This document shows, piece after piece, positions 18,672-26,192 of a stretch of 64,000 nucleotides of DNA (positions are counted from its first letter, which is position 1; the number at the start of each line of letters is the position of its first letter). The translations under genes and the position numbers were made by a program. The stretch is from positions 4,246,459 through 4,310,458 of the forward strand of contig CAVUSO010000001.1 of assembly GCA_963744145.1 (NCBI GenBank), given 5' to 3'. This DNA is from an uncultured cyanobacterium. Its GTDB lineage: Bacteria; Cyanobacteriota; Cyanobacteriia; Cyanobacteriales; CAWUOF01. The notes below the pieces were generated by a model. It saw nothing but the letters and a program-made list of their open reading frames with translations. It did no database searches and was not told where the DNA came from.

Positions 18672-20048
18672 ATGTTAGCTCAATACGAAAAACCCGCAAT
18701 CAAAAAGTTACAAAGTGGATTGATGAATAAGTTTGCTGGAGCAAGTTCACCACGTCGTAATGTGAAAACGGAAATAGCTGGAATTACGATCGATGATTTA
18801 GTTGCTGAGTTTGGTTCACCTCTATTTGTTTATTCTGAGCGATCGCTCCGTCGGAAATTCCGGACAATTAAAAGTGCTTTCACTACCCGTTATCCTGATG
18901 TGACTTTTGGTTGGTCTTACAAAACTAATTACTTAAAAGCGATTTGCGCTATTATGCACCAAGAAGGTGCGATCGCTGAATTGGTTTCCAAAATGGAATA
19001 TGACAAAGCTAAAGCATTAGGTATTCCGGGAAATCAAATCATTCTCAACGGTCCCCACAAACCCTTAGCTACCCTAGAAGCAGCAGTTTTAGATGGAGTG
19101 ACAATCAATATTGATCATTTAGATGAAATTGACGACTTAGAAACGATCGCTACTAAACTAGGACGCACAATTACCGTCGGATTAAGACTAAATCTGGATG
19201 TAGGAATTCAACCAAAATGGTCACGATTTGGATTTAATTTAGAGTCAGGTCAAGCATTAGAAGCAGTGCGACGAATTGCTAAGGGTGGAAAGCTACGTTT
19301 GAATGGATTACATAGCCATATTGGCACATTTATCCTTGAACCTAGTGCTTACGGTCGTCAAGTTGAGAAAATGGTGAAATTTGGTTATGAAATCGAAAAT
19401 CTGTTTAATTGGAGAATGGATTATATCGATATCGGTGGTGGTTTTCCCTCTCGGAGTCGTTTAAAAGGTATCTATCATTCTGCTGAAGTAATGTTACCAT
19501 CAATTGATGAATTTGCTGATGCGATTTGTGACGCTTTATGGGCAAATCTCAAACCCGGACATACCCCCAAACTGATTATTGAATCCGGACGAGCAATGGT
19601 GGATGAAGCAGGTACACTAATCTCAACAGTTTGGGCAAATAAAACTTTACCTGATGGTACTCCTGCGTATGTAATTGATGCGGGAATTAACCTACTCTTT
19701 ACTAGCTTTTGGTATCGGTTTGATATCGCACTCGATCGCCATGTTTCTGGTTCTGCTCAAAACTCAGTCATTTACGGACCGATGTGCATGAATATTGATG
19801 CGATCGATGAAGGAATCTCTTTACCACCTTTACCAAGAGGTACAAGACTGGTAATTTCCACAGTTGGAGCTTATAACAATACTCAATGGATGCAATTTAT
19901 TGAATACCGTCCTAACATTGTTCTCATCAGTGAAAGCGGTAATGTTGAATTAATTCGTGAAGCAGAAGACCTCAGTGATTTAGAACGACGGGAACATTTA
20001 CCAGCTCGATTAAGTCCGATCGCGAATTTATCTACTCGGACTCATTAA
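18672..20048 (+). CDS. PLP-dependent decarboxylase, Orn/DAP/Arg decarboxylase (group IV) family
   Basis: Putative PLP-lysine motif WSYKTNY, glycine loop YIDIGGGFPS, ESGRAMV (the EPGR equivalent), and the C-terminal GPMCMNIDAI. The start lies 1 nt after the ATP-grasp stop. Confidence 0.8.
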   Translation: MLAQYEKPAIKKLQSGLMNKFAGASSPRRNVKTEIAGITIDDLVAEFGSPLFVYSERSLRRKFRTIKSAFTTRYPDVTFGWSYKTNYLKAICAIMHQEGAIAELVSKMEYDKAKALGIPGNQIILNGPHKPLATLEAAVLDGVTINIDHLDEIDDLETIATKLGRTITVGLRLNLDVGIQPKWSRFGFNLESGQALEAVRRIAKGGKLRLNGLHSHIGTFILEPSAYGRQVEKMVKFGYEIENLFNWRMDYIDIGGGFPSRSRLKGIYHSAEVMLPSIDEFADAICDALWANLKPGHTPKLIIESGRAMVDEAGTLISTVWANKTLPDGTPAYVIDAGINLLFTSFWYRFDIALDRHVSGSAQNSVIYGPMCMNIDAIDEGISLPPLPRGTRLVISTVGAYNNTQWMQFIEYRPNIVLISESGNVELIREAEDLSDLERREHLPARLSPIANLSTRTH

Positions 20049-20063
20049 TTTCTTCTATCTGGT

Positions 20064-20090
20064 GTAGTAAGCGTTCAAAACGCTTACTAC
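20064..20090 (+). other. perfect 12-bp stem / 3-nt loop hairpin between the decarboxylase and the membrane-M23 gene
   Basis: gtagtaagcgtt caa aacgcttactac. No U-tract follows, so it is not a canonical intrinsic terminator. Confidence 0.6.
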
Positions 20091-20137
20091 CAAGTACATC
20101 TACTTTCATCACCTCAATCATTAGCGGAGTTAAAAAT

Positions 20138-22366
20138 ATGCTAGGTTTGCGCTACGAATCAATCCTAGACCTGGTTACCTTCACCACCGAAAAAAGTAAA
20201 AATTCTACTTTTCTACCCATCAAAATTTTTACCAAATTAGTCCAATTCTGTCAACCTTTAATTCTAGCATTATGTGCTGCAACTGCGGAAATTCTTTTTT
20301 TGCGTGGTGTCGGGACAGGGGCACTTTTACTAACAGCGATGCTCCTCCAACCAGCAGTTTTATTAATGGGAATAACCGGAGTAATCGCAGCAGTTACCTT
20401 TGCTAAAATTGCTCAACTTGGACAGAACTATCTCGATCGAGGTCCATTTCTCTTTAACCCACTTCTAGCAGGTTTAAGTGTCGGTTACCTATTTCAACCA
20501 GGAGCAGCTTCTTTATTTCTCGCTGGAGTAGCAGGAATATTAGCTTTTATTCTCACCTGGACTCTATCCCATATCTTCCGAACTTTCTTATTTTTACCTG
20601 TCTTAAGTTTACCCTTTATCATCGTCAGTTGGGTAGTACATCTAGCTGCATTTCGTTATGCTGGATTACAACCAGCAATTATTCCTGCTCATGTTTATTC
20701 CATTGGTTTACCAATCTGGATGGAAGGATTCTTGAGAACTTTAGGGTTGATTTTTTTCCTCCCTAATATCTGGGTAGGAATTGTCGTCGCAGGATTACTA
20801 TTAGTCAACTCACGCATCCAATTTTTATTAGCAATAGGTGGTTATGCGTTAGGAACTTCCATTCGCGGTATTCTCACAGGAACATTTATTTATGTCTATT
20901 ATGATCCAGCAGCATTAAATTTTGTATTAGTTGCATTAGCGATCGGTGGTTTTTATCTCCTTCCCTCCATCCGAAGTTATGCGATCGCAGGTTTAGCAAT
21001 TGGATTAGTTGCAGTATTAAGCGAAGCAGTGAGTGTATTTTGGGCAGCTTCTGGGTTACCAGTTCATGCGTTACCTTATAATTTAGTCACCTTATTATTG
21101 TTGTATGTATTGGGATTAGTAGGATATCGTTGGTTAACTAGATATCCTCAACCAACTCCAGAACAAACTCTCGATTATGAATTAACTGCTCGATTAAGAT
21201 ATCAAGGTACGGGAAAAACAATTTCCTTACCTTTTTCTGGTCGTTGGTTAGTTTGGCAAGGTTTTCATGGTCAATGGACTCATCAAGGTTTGTGGTGTTA
21301 TGCTTATGATTTTGTGATTCAAGATGAGTCTGGTTCTACTTATCGTGATGATGGATTTAATCTGAAAGATTATTATGCTTATGGTAAACCAATCCTCTCT
21401 CCAGTTCGAGGTTGGATCGTTCGAGTCATTAGTGATTTACCAGATTGTGCGATCGGTAATATTGATCAGGAACATAATTGGGGTAATCATATAATTATTT
21501 ACGATGAACGAGGTTTTTATGTCGAAATATCCCATTTTGCTCAACATAGCATTACCGTAAAATCAGGCGATCGCGTAGAAATTGGCACTTTATTAGGTCG
21601 TTGTGGTAATTCTGGTTATTCTTCCCAACCACATATTCATATTCAAGTCCAACTTAGCGCCGAATTAGGTGCAGCAACAGCACTATTTAGTTTTGCTAAT
21701 CTGATGGTAGATGGTGAATTTAGAGCCGAAGCTACCCCATCAGAAAATACTATATTAGAACCAGTAGCAAGCGATCGCGCTCTCGCTAAAGCTTTAACTT
21801 TCCCCCTTGATTCTAGTTTCGATTTTACTGTTACTCAAAAAGAAAAAATCGTTGATCATCTCTCTTTAACTACCCGGATCACAGGAGATGGTTGGTTTTA
21901 TCTAGATTCGGGTAAAGCCAAATTATACTTTAGTCGAGATGAGTACGGATTTATCTTTCATCGATTAGATGGTAATGATCCTAACTTAGCCTTATTATTA
22001 ACAGCAATTCCTCGATTACCCCTAGCTAGACGTGAACCCGGAAATACATGGTCTGATTATCTTCCCGTCGGGATGATGATTACTGGAATTCGACAAATGG
22101 TTTACTTATTTGCTAGTTCCTTTGTACCAGAGTTAGCTTCAGCTCGCTATACTGGTGAATGGATTTCAAATGAAACTTTAGTAGGAGCAGTCACCATCCC
22201 AGGAATCAAGAATAAAGTATTGACATCTGCTACTTTTGCTCAAAATGGAGAAATTCTCAGAGTCGGTGTCGGTCAGCGATCGCTAGTACGTCAAGATTTA
22301 CAGGTTGTCACCCAGAAATCCCACCGTTGTTTAGGAGTCGGGATGAATGGAAGTACCGTTGGTTAG
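20138..22366 (+). CDS. fusion protein: polytopic membrane domain + M23 metallopeptidase + C-terminal domain of unknown function
   Basis: About 330 aa with roughly 10 hydrophobic helices, possibly of the urea-transporter fold (unverified). Then GNHIIIYDERGFYVEISHFAQHSITVKSGDRVEIGTLLGRCGNSGYSSQPHIHIQV, the M23 HxH signature. Then about 220 aa with no motif I recognise. Confidence 0.7.
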   Translation: MLGLRYESILDLVTFTTEKSKNSTFLPIKIFTKLVQFCQPLILALCAATAEILFLRGVGTGALLLTAMLLQPAVLLMGITGVIAAVTFAKIAQLGQNYLDRGPFLFNPLLAGLSVGYLFQPGAASLFLAGVAGILAFILTWTLSHIFRTFLFLPVLSLPFIIVSWVVHLAAFRYAGLQPAIIPAHVYSIGLPIWMEGFLRTLGLIFFLPNIWVGIVVAGLLLVNSRIQFLLAIGGYALGTSIRGILTGTFIYVYYDPAALNFVLVALAIGGFYLLPSIRSYAIAGLAIGLVAVLSEAVSVFWAASGLPVHALPYNLVTLLLLYVLGLVGYRWLTRYPQPTPEQTLDYELTARLRYQGTGKTISLPFSGRWLVWQGFHGQWTHQGLWCYAYDFVIQDESGSTYRDDGFNLKDYYAYGKPILSPVRGWIVRVISDLPDCAIGNIDQEHNWGNHIIIYDERGFYVEISHFAQHSITVKSGDRVEIGTLLGRCGNSGYSSQPHIHIQVQLSAELGAATALFSFANLMVDGEFRAEATPSENTILEPVASDRALAKALTFPLDSSFDFTVTQKEKIVDHLSLTTRITGDGWFYLDSGKAKLYFSRDEYGFIFHRLDGNDPNLALLLTAIPRLPLARREPGNTWSDYLPVGMMITGIRQMVYLFASSFVPELASARYTGEWISNETLVGAVTIPGIKNKVLTSATFAQNGEILRVGVGQRSLVRQDLQVVTQKSHRCLGVGMNGSTVG

Positions 22367-22665
22367 GGACAACAAGCGGACAAATAATTTGACACTCGAC
22401 AATTGCCATATTATTTTTGTTCGCAGCGTAGGTTGTATATGTGGTTAAATGTAATGAGAGAGTCGGTGCCAAGAAAATTTGCGGAAATGACTTTCCTTCC
22501 AGATAAAATATAAACCTCTGTATTTGAGGAGCGACGAGAGCAAATTATTACTGCGATCGAGAATTGGTGGAATAAATATCGAGTGACGTTGCGTGAGATT
22601 GAAACTGAACGGGATACAGCAGCAAAGCGATTAGATGCTTAAAGTAAGTGAATTGAGGAAAGCTG

Positions 22666-22881
22666 ATGAAAGTTAAAGTAACAGAACAAGGTGTAGTCAT
22701 TCCCAAAGATTTTCTAGAGGGAGTTGAAGAGGTAGAAATCCGTAAGGAAAATAATATTATCTTTGTGATAGTAACTAATAAAACAGATCCAATTTTTGAG
22801 ATGGGAATAAATCCTGTAAACTGCGGAGTTTCTGATGCGTCTGAAAATTTAGATAACTATATTTACGGTTCTATTGAATGA
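22666..22881 (+). CDS. small antitoxin-like protein (possibly AbrB/SpoVT-type)
   Basis: 71 aa, QGVVIPKDFLEGVEEVEIRKENNIIFV. Its stop overlaps (ATGA) the start of a PIN pseudogene. Confidence 0.45.
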   Translation: MKVKVTEQGVVIPKDFLEGVEEVEIRKENNIIFVIVTNKTDPIFEMGINPVNCGVSDASENLDNYIYGSIE

Positions 22882-23075
22882 ATAGAGTTTTTTTAGATAC
22901 GAGTTATATTATCGCTTTATAAACAGCCGATGATAATTATTATCGGACATTAAAACATTGGCAGGATTTGATTAAAGAACCACCAAAATTAGTAACTACA
23001 TCTTATATTTTTGACGAAATGGCGCCATTTTTTAATAGTCGAAATCGTCATCATAAAGCTGTGCTAATCGGTTAA
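22878..23075 (+). pseudogene. PIN-domain (VapC-like) toxin remnant with an in-frame stop and a 3' truncation
   Basis: MNRVFLDTSYIIAL* then ...DDNYYRTLKHWQDLIKEPPKLVTTSYIFDEMAPFFNSRNRHHKAVLIG. It ends where unrelated repeat sequence starts. Confidence 0.65.
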
Positions 23076-23126
23076 TGTCGCGATCGCTCGCATATACGGT
23101 ATAATTCAATATGGTTCAGTTAAGGG

Positions 23127-23319
23127 TTGGTCAAGATGCAGGGATTTTGGGGCGATCGTCTCTGTAGATGCCTTGCACATCGCCAGCGCAGAAGCATCTA
23201 ACAGCGATTACTTTCTCACTTGTGATCAGCGTCTGATTAATCGTTGCCAAGAGCTAGCCTTAAACGTTATGAACCCCGCATCCTTTACAGCGGATTCGGT
23301 GGTTGATGAAGTACAGTAA
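23127..23319 (+). pseudogene. C-terminal fragment of a second PIN-domain gene
   Basis: ...VDALHIASAEASNSDYFLTCDQRLINRCQELALNVMNPASF... is a typical PIN C-terminus. No N-terminal half is present. Confidence 0.5.
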
Positions 23320-23333
23320 GATTTAGCATGAAT

Positions 23334-23597
23334 GGCGATCTGTTAAAGTCGCTTGTGAGTTATCTGTGTTGGTTGGGCAGGTTTATGATCGTTATCTGTT
23401 TGGAGCAGAATTGATTGGTGAACCTGCCCCTACAAATCCCGGTTGATTGTGATCATAAATTCATTCACCAGACATTTTTATGAGCTAATTTGATCTTAAA
23501 TGTTATATTTTTTGGTGAATCTCTGTAGGGGCGGGTTCACCGATGAACTTGCTACACACAAATAACCTTAATGAACCCGCCCTGCCCCACAGATCAA
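23334..23597. mobile_element. MITE-like element, same family as 9135..9310
   Basis: The right end aacccgccctgccccacagatcaa is the inverse of the ttgatctgt...gggcaggttt type of left end. Inner inverted pair: ggtgaacctgcccctac / gtaggggcgggttcacc. Confidence 0.6.
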
Positions 23598-23646
23598 CTT
23601 GATGAACTTCATAAACCTGGAATAGGCTGTATCACGGAGATCGACT

Positions 23647-23856
23647 ATGAAAGTTAATCTACCCAAGGAACAACAAGTGATCCAAGAAGCCCTGCAAATT
23701 CTCTATGCTCACATGACCCCACTCAAAGTCGCCCGCTTTATCACCGCTTGTCAGCTAGGCGAAGGAGACTATCTCCAAACCAAAGACGAACTGTTTGTCG
23801 ATGAAACCGTAGATAGTTTGTGTGACAAGATTAAAGCCTTTAAGCAAGGTAAATAG
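23647..23856 (+). CDS. small hypothetical protein
   Basis: 69-aa ORF. Function not recognisable. Confidence 0.35.
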   Translation: MKVNLPKEQQVIQEALQILYAHMTPLKVARFITACQLGEGDYLQTKDELFVDETVDSLCDKIKAFKQGK

Positions 23857-23997
23857 ACAGCGATCGCCATCTCAATATTTCGCCCAGTTCTCCGCTGATG
23901 TCCTCCAAAATATTCTTAACTGAACCGTATTGCGGTATGATTAACTGTCAGAACGCTATTCCCAGAGCGAGGCGATCGCAGTGAAACAATAATAAAG

Positions 23998-24204
23998 ATG
24001 CAACAATCGCGTGAGCTGATTCGCAGTTATGCCGCTTATGCTCTGAGTGCCTTTAAGAATTTTAGTGCAGCAGACATAGAAGAAATTACCCTGAAATTTG
24101 GGTTAAATATTGGTGGTAAAGCCGGAATTCCTTTTATCACAGAAGGAACTGCCGAAAGCAATTTAGAAATCGAAGTTAAATATAAATTTTCTAAGGCGAC
24201 TTAA
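23998..24204 (+). CDS. 5'-truncated duplicate of the Trypco2-like gene (C-terminal 68 aa)
   Basis: 23968..24236 aligns with 30481..30749, covering both coding sequence and 3' flank. The ORF starts at the internal Met of the full-length paralogue. Confidence 0.7.
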   Translation: MQQSRELIRSYAAYALSAFKNFSAADIEEITLKFGLNIGGKAGIPFITEGTAESNLEIEVKYKFSKAT

Positions 24205-24280
24205 AAAAAATTAAATAAAAAACGATTAACTGTTAAGTGCTTTTTTATTGGTATTCGAGGAAGGCGATCGCTCCAAATGT

Positions 24281-25201
24281 ATGACCAATGATTTTCCCAT
24301 CTTGTTTGTTACGGAAAAAGCTTATGAAGAATCCTCGAATGAAATTTTAGGGAGCAAGTATAAGTTTTGGTTCTATCACGAAGAATTTGGTCGTTGTCTT
24401 TACAAACAAAACCGAGTCAACTTGGGAGAAGATTGGGCAGAGAAAGTCGCATCAGAATTGTGTGAATTAATCGGACTTCCTCACGCTGTTTATGAATTGG
24501 CTTCAACTTGGAAAGGCGATCGCGGTGTAATTTCACCCAACTTTTTACCACAAGGGGGGACGCTTGTACATGGTAACGAACTGCTTACTTCAATTGTGCC
24601 AAATTACCTAACATTTAGCACCTACGGCGCATCACAACATACAATTGATGTAGTTTTAAGAGTTATTGCAGGCAGTTCTGTAAATTTACCCATTAATTGG
24701 ACACCGCCCTCTGGTATCCAAAAAGCAGTGGATGTATTTGTTGGCTATCTTTTGTTAGATGCGTGGATTGGTAACGGAGATCGTCACCATGAAAACTGGG
24801 GGATTGTCCGAATAAAACCGTCATCTACTTCAGAAGAAATGGAACACTTAGCACCTACTTACGATCATGCCTCAAGTTTAGGACGTGAACTCTCTGATGA
24901 AAAAAGGCAGAAACGATCTATACTGGATTATACCGACAAATGTTTTTCAGCGTTTTATGGTAGTGTTGATGATAAAAAGAGCCTGAAAGTTTTTGATACA
25001 TTCTCCCAAGTTGTTCATCGTTATCCCCAAGCAGCTAGTGTGTGGTTGACGCGACTTGAAAATATATCAGAAGCCAATATATTAGATATTTTTAATCGCA
25101 TTAATTGCTCACGGATCTCTCCCAATGCCAGTAATTTTGCTCAAAAAATTCTGGAAATTAACAAACACAGGATACTAACCTTATGGGAAACACTACCTTA
25201 A
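24281..25201 (+). CDS. HipA-like Ser/Thr kinase core without a HipA N-terminal domain (HipT-like architecture)
   Basis: Catalytic region LLLDAWIGNGDRHHENWGIV and APTYDHASSLG match the HipA C-domain motifs. The length (about 306 aa from the ATG at 24281) is too short to include the HipA N-subdomain. Confidence 0.75.
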   Translation: MTNDFPILFVTEKAYEESSNEILGSKYKFWFYHEEFGRCLYKQNRVNLGEDWAEKVASELCELIGLPHAVYELASTWKGDRGVISPNFLPQGGTLVHGNELLTSIVPNYLTFSTYGASQHTIDVVLRVIAGSSVNLPINWTPPSGIQKAVDVFVGYLLLDAWIGNGDRHHENWGIVRIKPSSTSEEMEHLAPTYDHASSLGRELSDEKRQKRSILDYTDKCFSAFYGSVDDKKSLKVFDTFSQVVHRYPQAASVWLTRLENISEANILDIFNRINCSRISPNASNFAQKILEINKHRILTLWETLP

Positions 25202-25212
25202 AAACACTAAAA

Positions 25213-25977
25213 ATGAAGACATCAAAAACACTATTTTTAGCTTGGCAAGACTATTTTAGTCGCGCTTGGTTTACCATAGGTCGGTTAACATTTGACGGAG
25301 ATATTTATAAATTTGTCTATACGCAAGGTGTAAAAGAAGCTCAAGAAAAATGTGCTTTTAATCCTTTATCTTCCTTTCCATATTTAGATCAAGTCTATAC
25401 ATCAACTCACCTATTTCCAGTCTTTGCTAATCGGTTAATGTCGCGATCGCGTCCTGATTATTCCAGTTTTATTGAATCGTTAAATCTTTTACCTGATAAT
25501 AACGAACCAATGGAAGTTTTAGCCCGCAGTGGTGGAGAACGAGAAACAGATACACTTGCGGTTTTTCCTTGTCCAGAAGTTGATGAAAAGGGACAATACA
25601 ATCTCTATTTTTTCTCGCATGGGTTGCGACACTTACCAACCAGTGCAATTGAGCGGATTAATCAGTTTGAACCTAGAGAAGAATTATGGTTAGCTCACGA
25701 ATTTCAAAATTCTTACGATTATCAGGCTTTAACTTTAAATACTAAAGACCATTACATTGTCGGTTATTGTCCGCGATATTTGCTGGCAGAAATTTTTGAA
25801 TTGCTTCGGCAAAATTCCAGTCTAAAAGTGCGAGTAGAGCAAGTAAATAAATCTCCAACCCCACTTCAGTTTCGTCTGTTATGTAAAATGAGTGTCAATT
25901 GTAGAGATAATTTTTGTCCTTTCTCAAGTAGTCAATATCAATCGCTGATTGTAGAAATTGCGATGAAATCTGCATAA
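25213..25977 (+). CDS. HipS/HipA-N-like domain fused to a HIRAN-like domain
   Basis: The N-half (F..IGRLTFDG..YKFVY...FNPLSSFPYLDQVYTSTHLFPVFANRL...PMEVLARSGGERETDTLAVFP) parallels the HipA N-terminal coupling domain. The C-half (EPREELWLAHEFQNSYDYQALTLNTKDHYIVGYCPRYLLAEIFELL) parallels the HIRAN pattern. It overlaps the kinase gene end. Confidence 0.55.
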   Translation: MKTSKTLFLAWQDYFSRAWFTIGRLTFDGDIYKFVYTQGVKEAQEKCAFNPLSSFPYLDQVYTSTHLFPVFANRLMSRSRPDYSSFIESLNLLPDNNEPMEVLARSGGERETDTLAVFPCPEVDEKGQYNLYFFSHGLRHLPTSAIERINQFEPREELWLAHEFQNSYDYQALTLNTKDHYIVGYCPRYLLAEIFELLRQNSSLKVRVEQVNKSPTPLQFRLLCKMSVNCRDNFCPFSSSQYQSLIVEIAMKSA

Positions 25978-26192
25978 CGCTTGGTATTATAATAACAAGA
26001 TTTACGCAAAATATCAACGCGATCGCATATACGGTATAATTAACTGTCAGAACGCTATTCCTAGAACGAGGCTCGCTAACATAAAATGCGTAAGTCTTGT
26101 ATATATTAAGTGCTGCTGAATATCTCATTAACTAGGAATATGCTGTAAATTGCACCAGTCTATAAATCGTGGCAGTTTATAAATCTTTGTGA

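Noticed and set aside
22520-22640. Type I restriction-modification methylase C-terminal remnant
   Set aside because: It is kept only as a remark in a finding. The 38-aa match is from memory of a WW.KY..SL..IE.ER motif and cannot be verified here.
23107-23926. 820-bp composite element bounded by ggttcagttaa ... ttaactgaacc
   Set aside because: The 11-nt inverted ends could be independent MITE termini. The interior is a mix of unrelated fragments, so there is not enough evidence to call one element.
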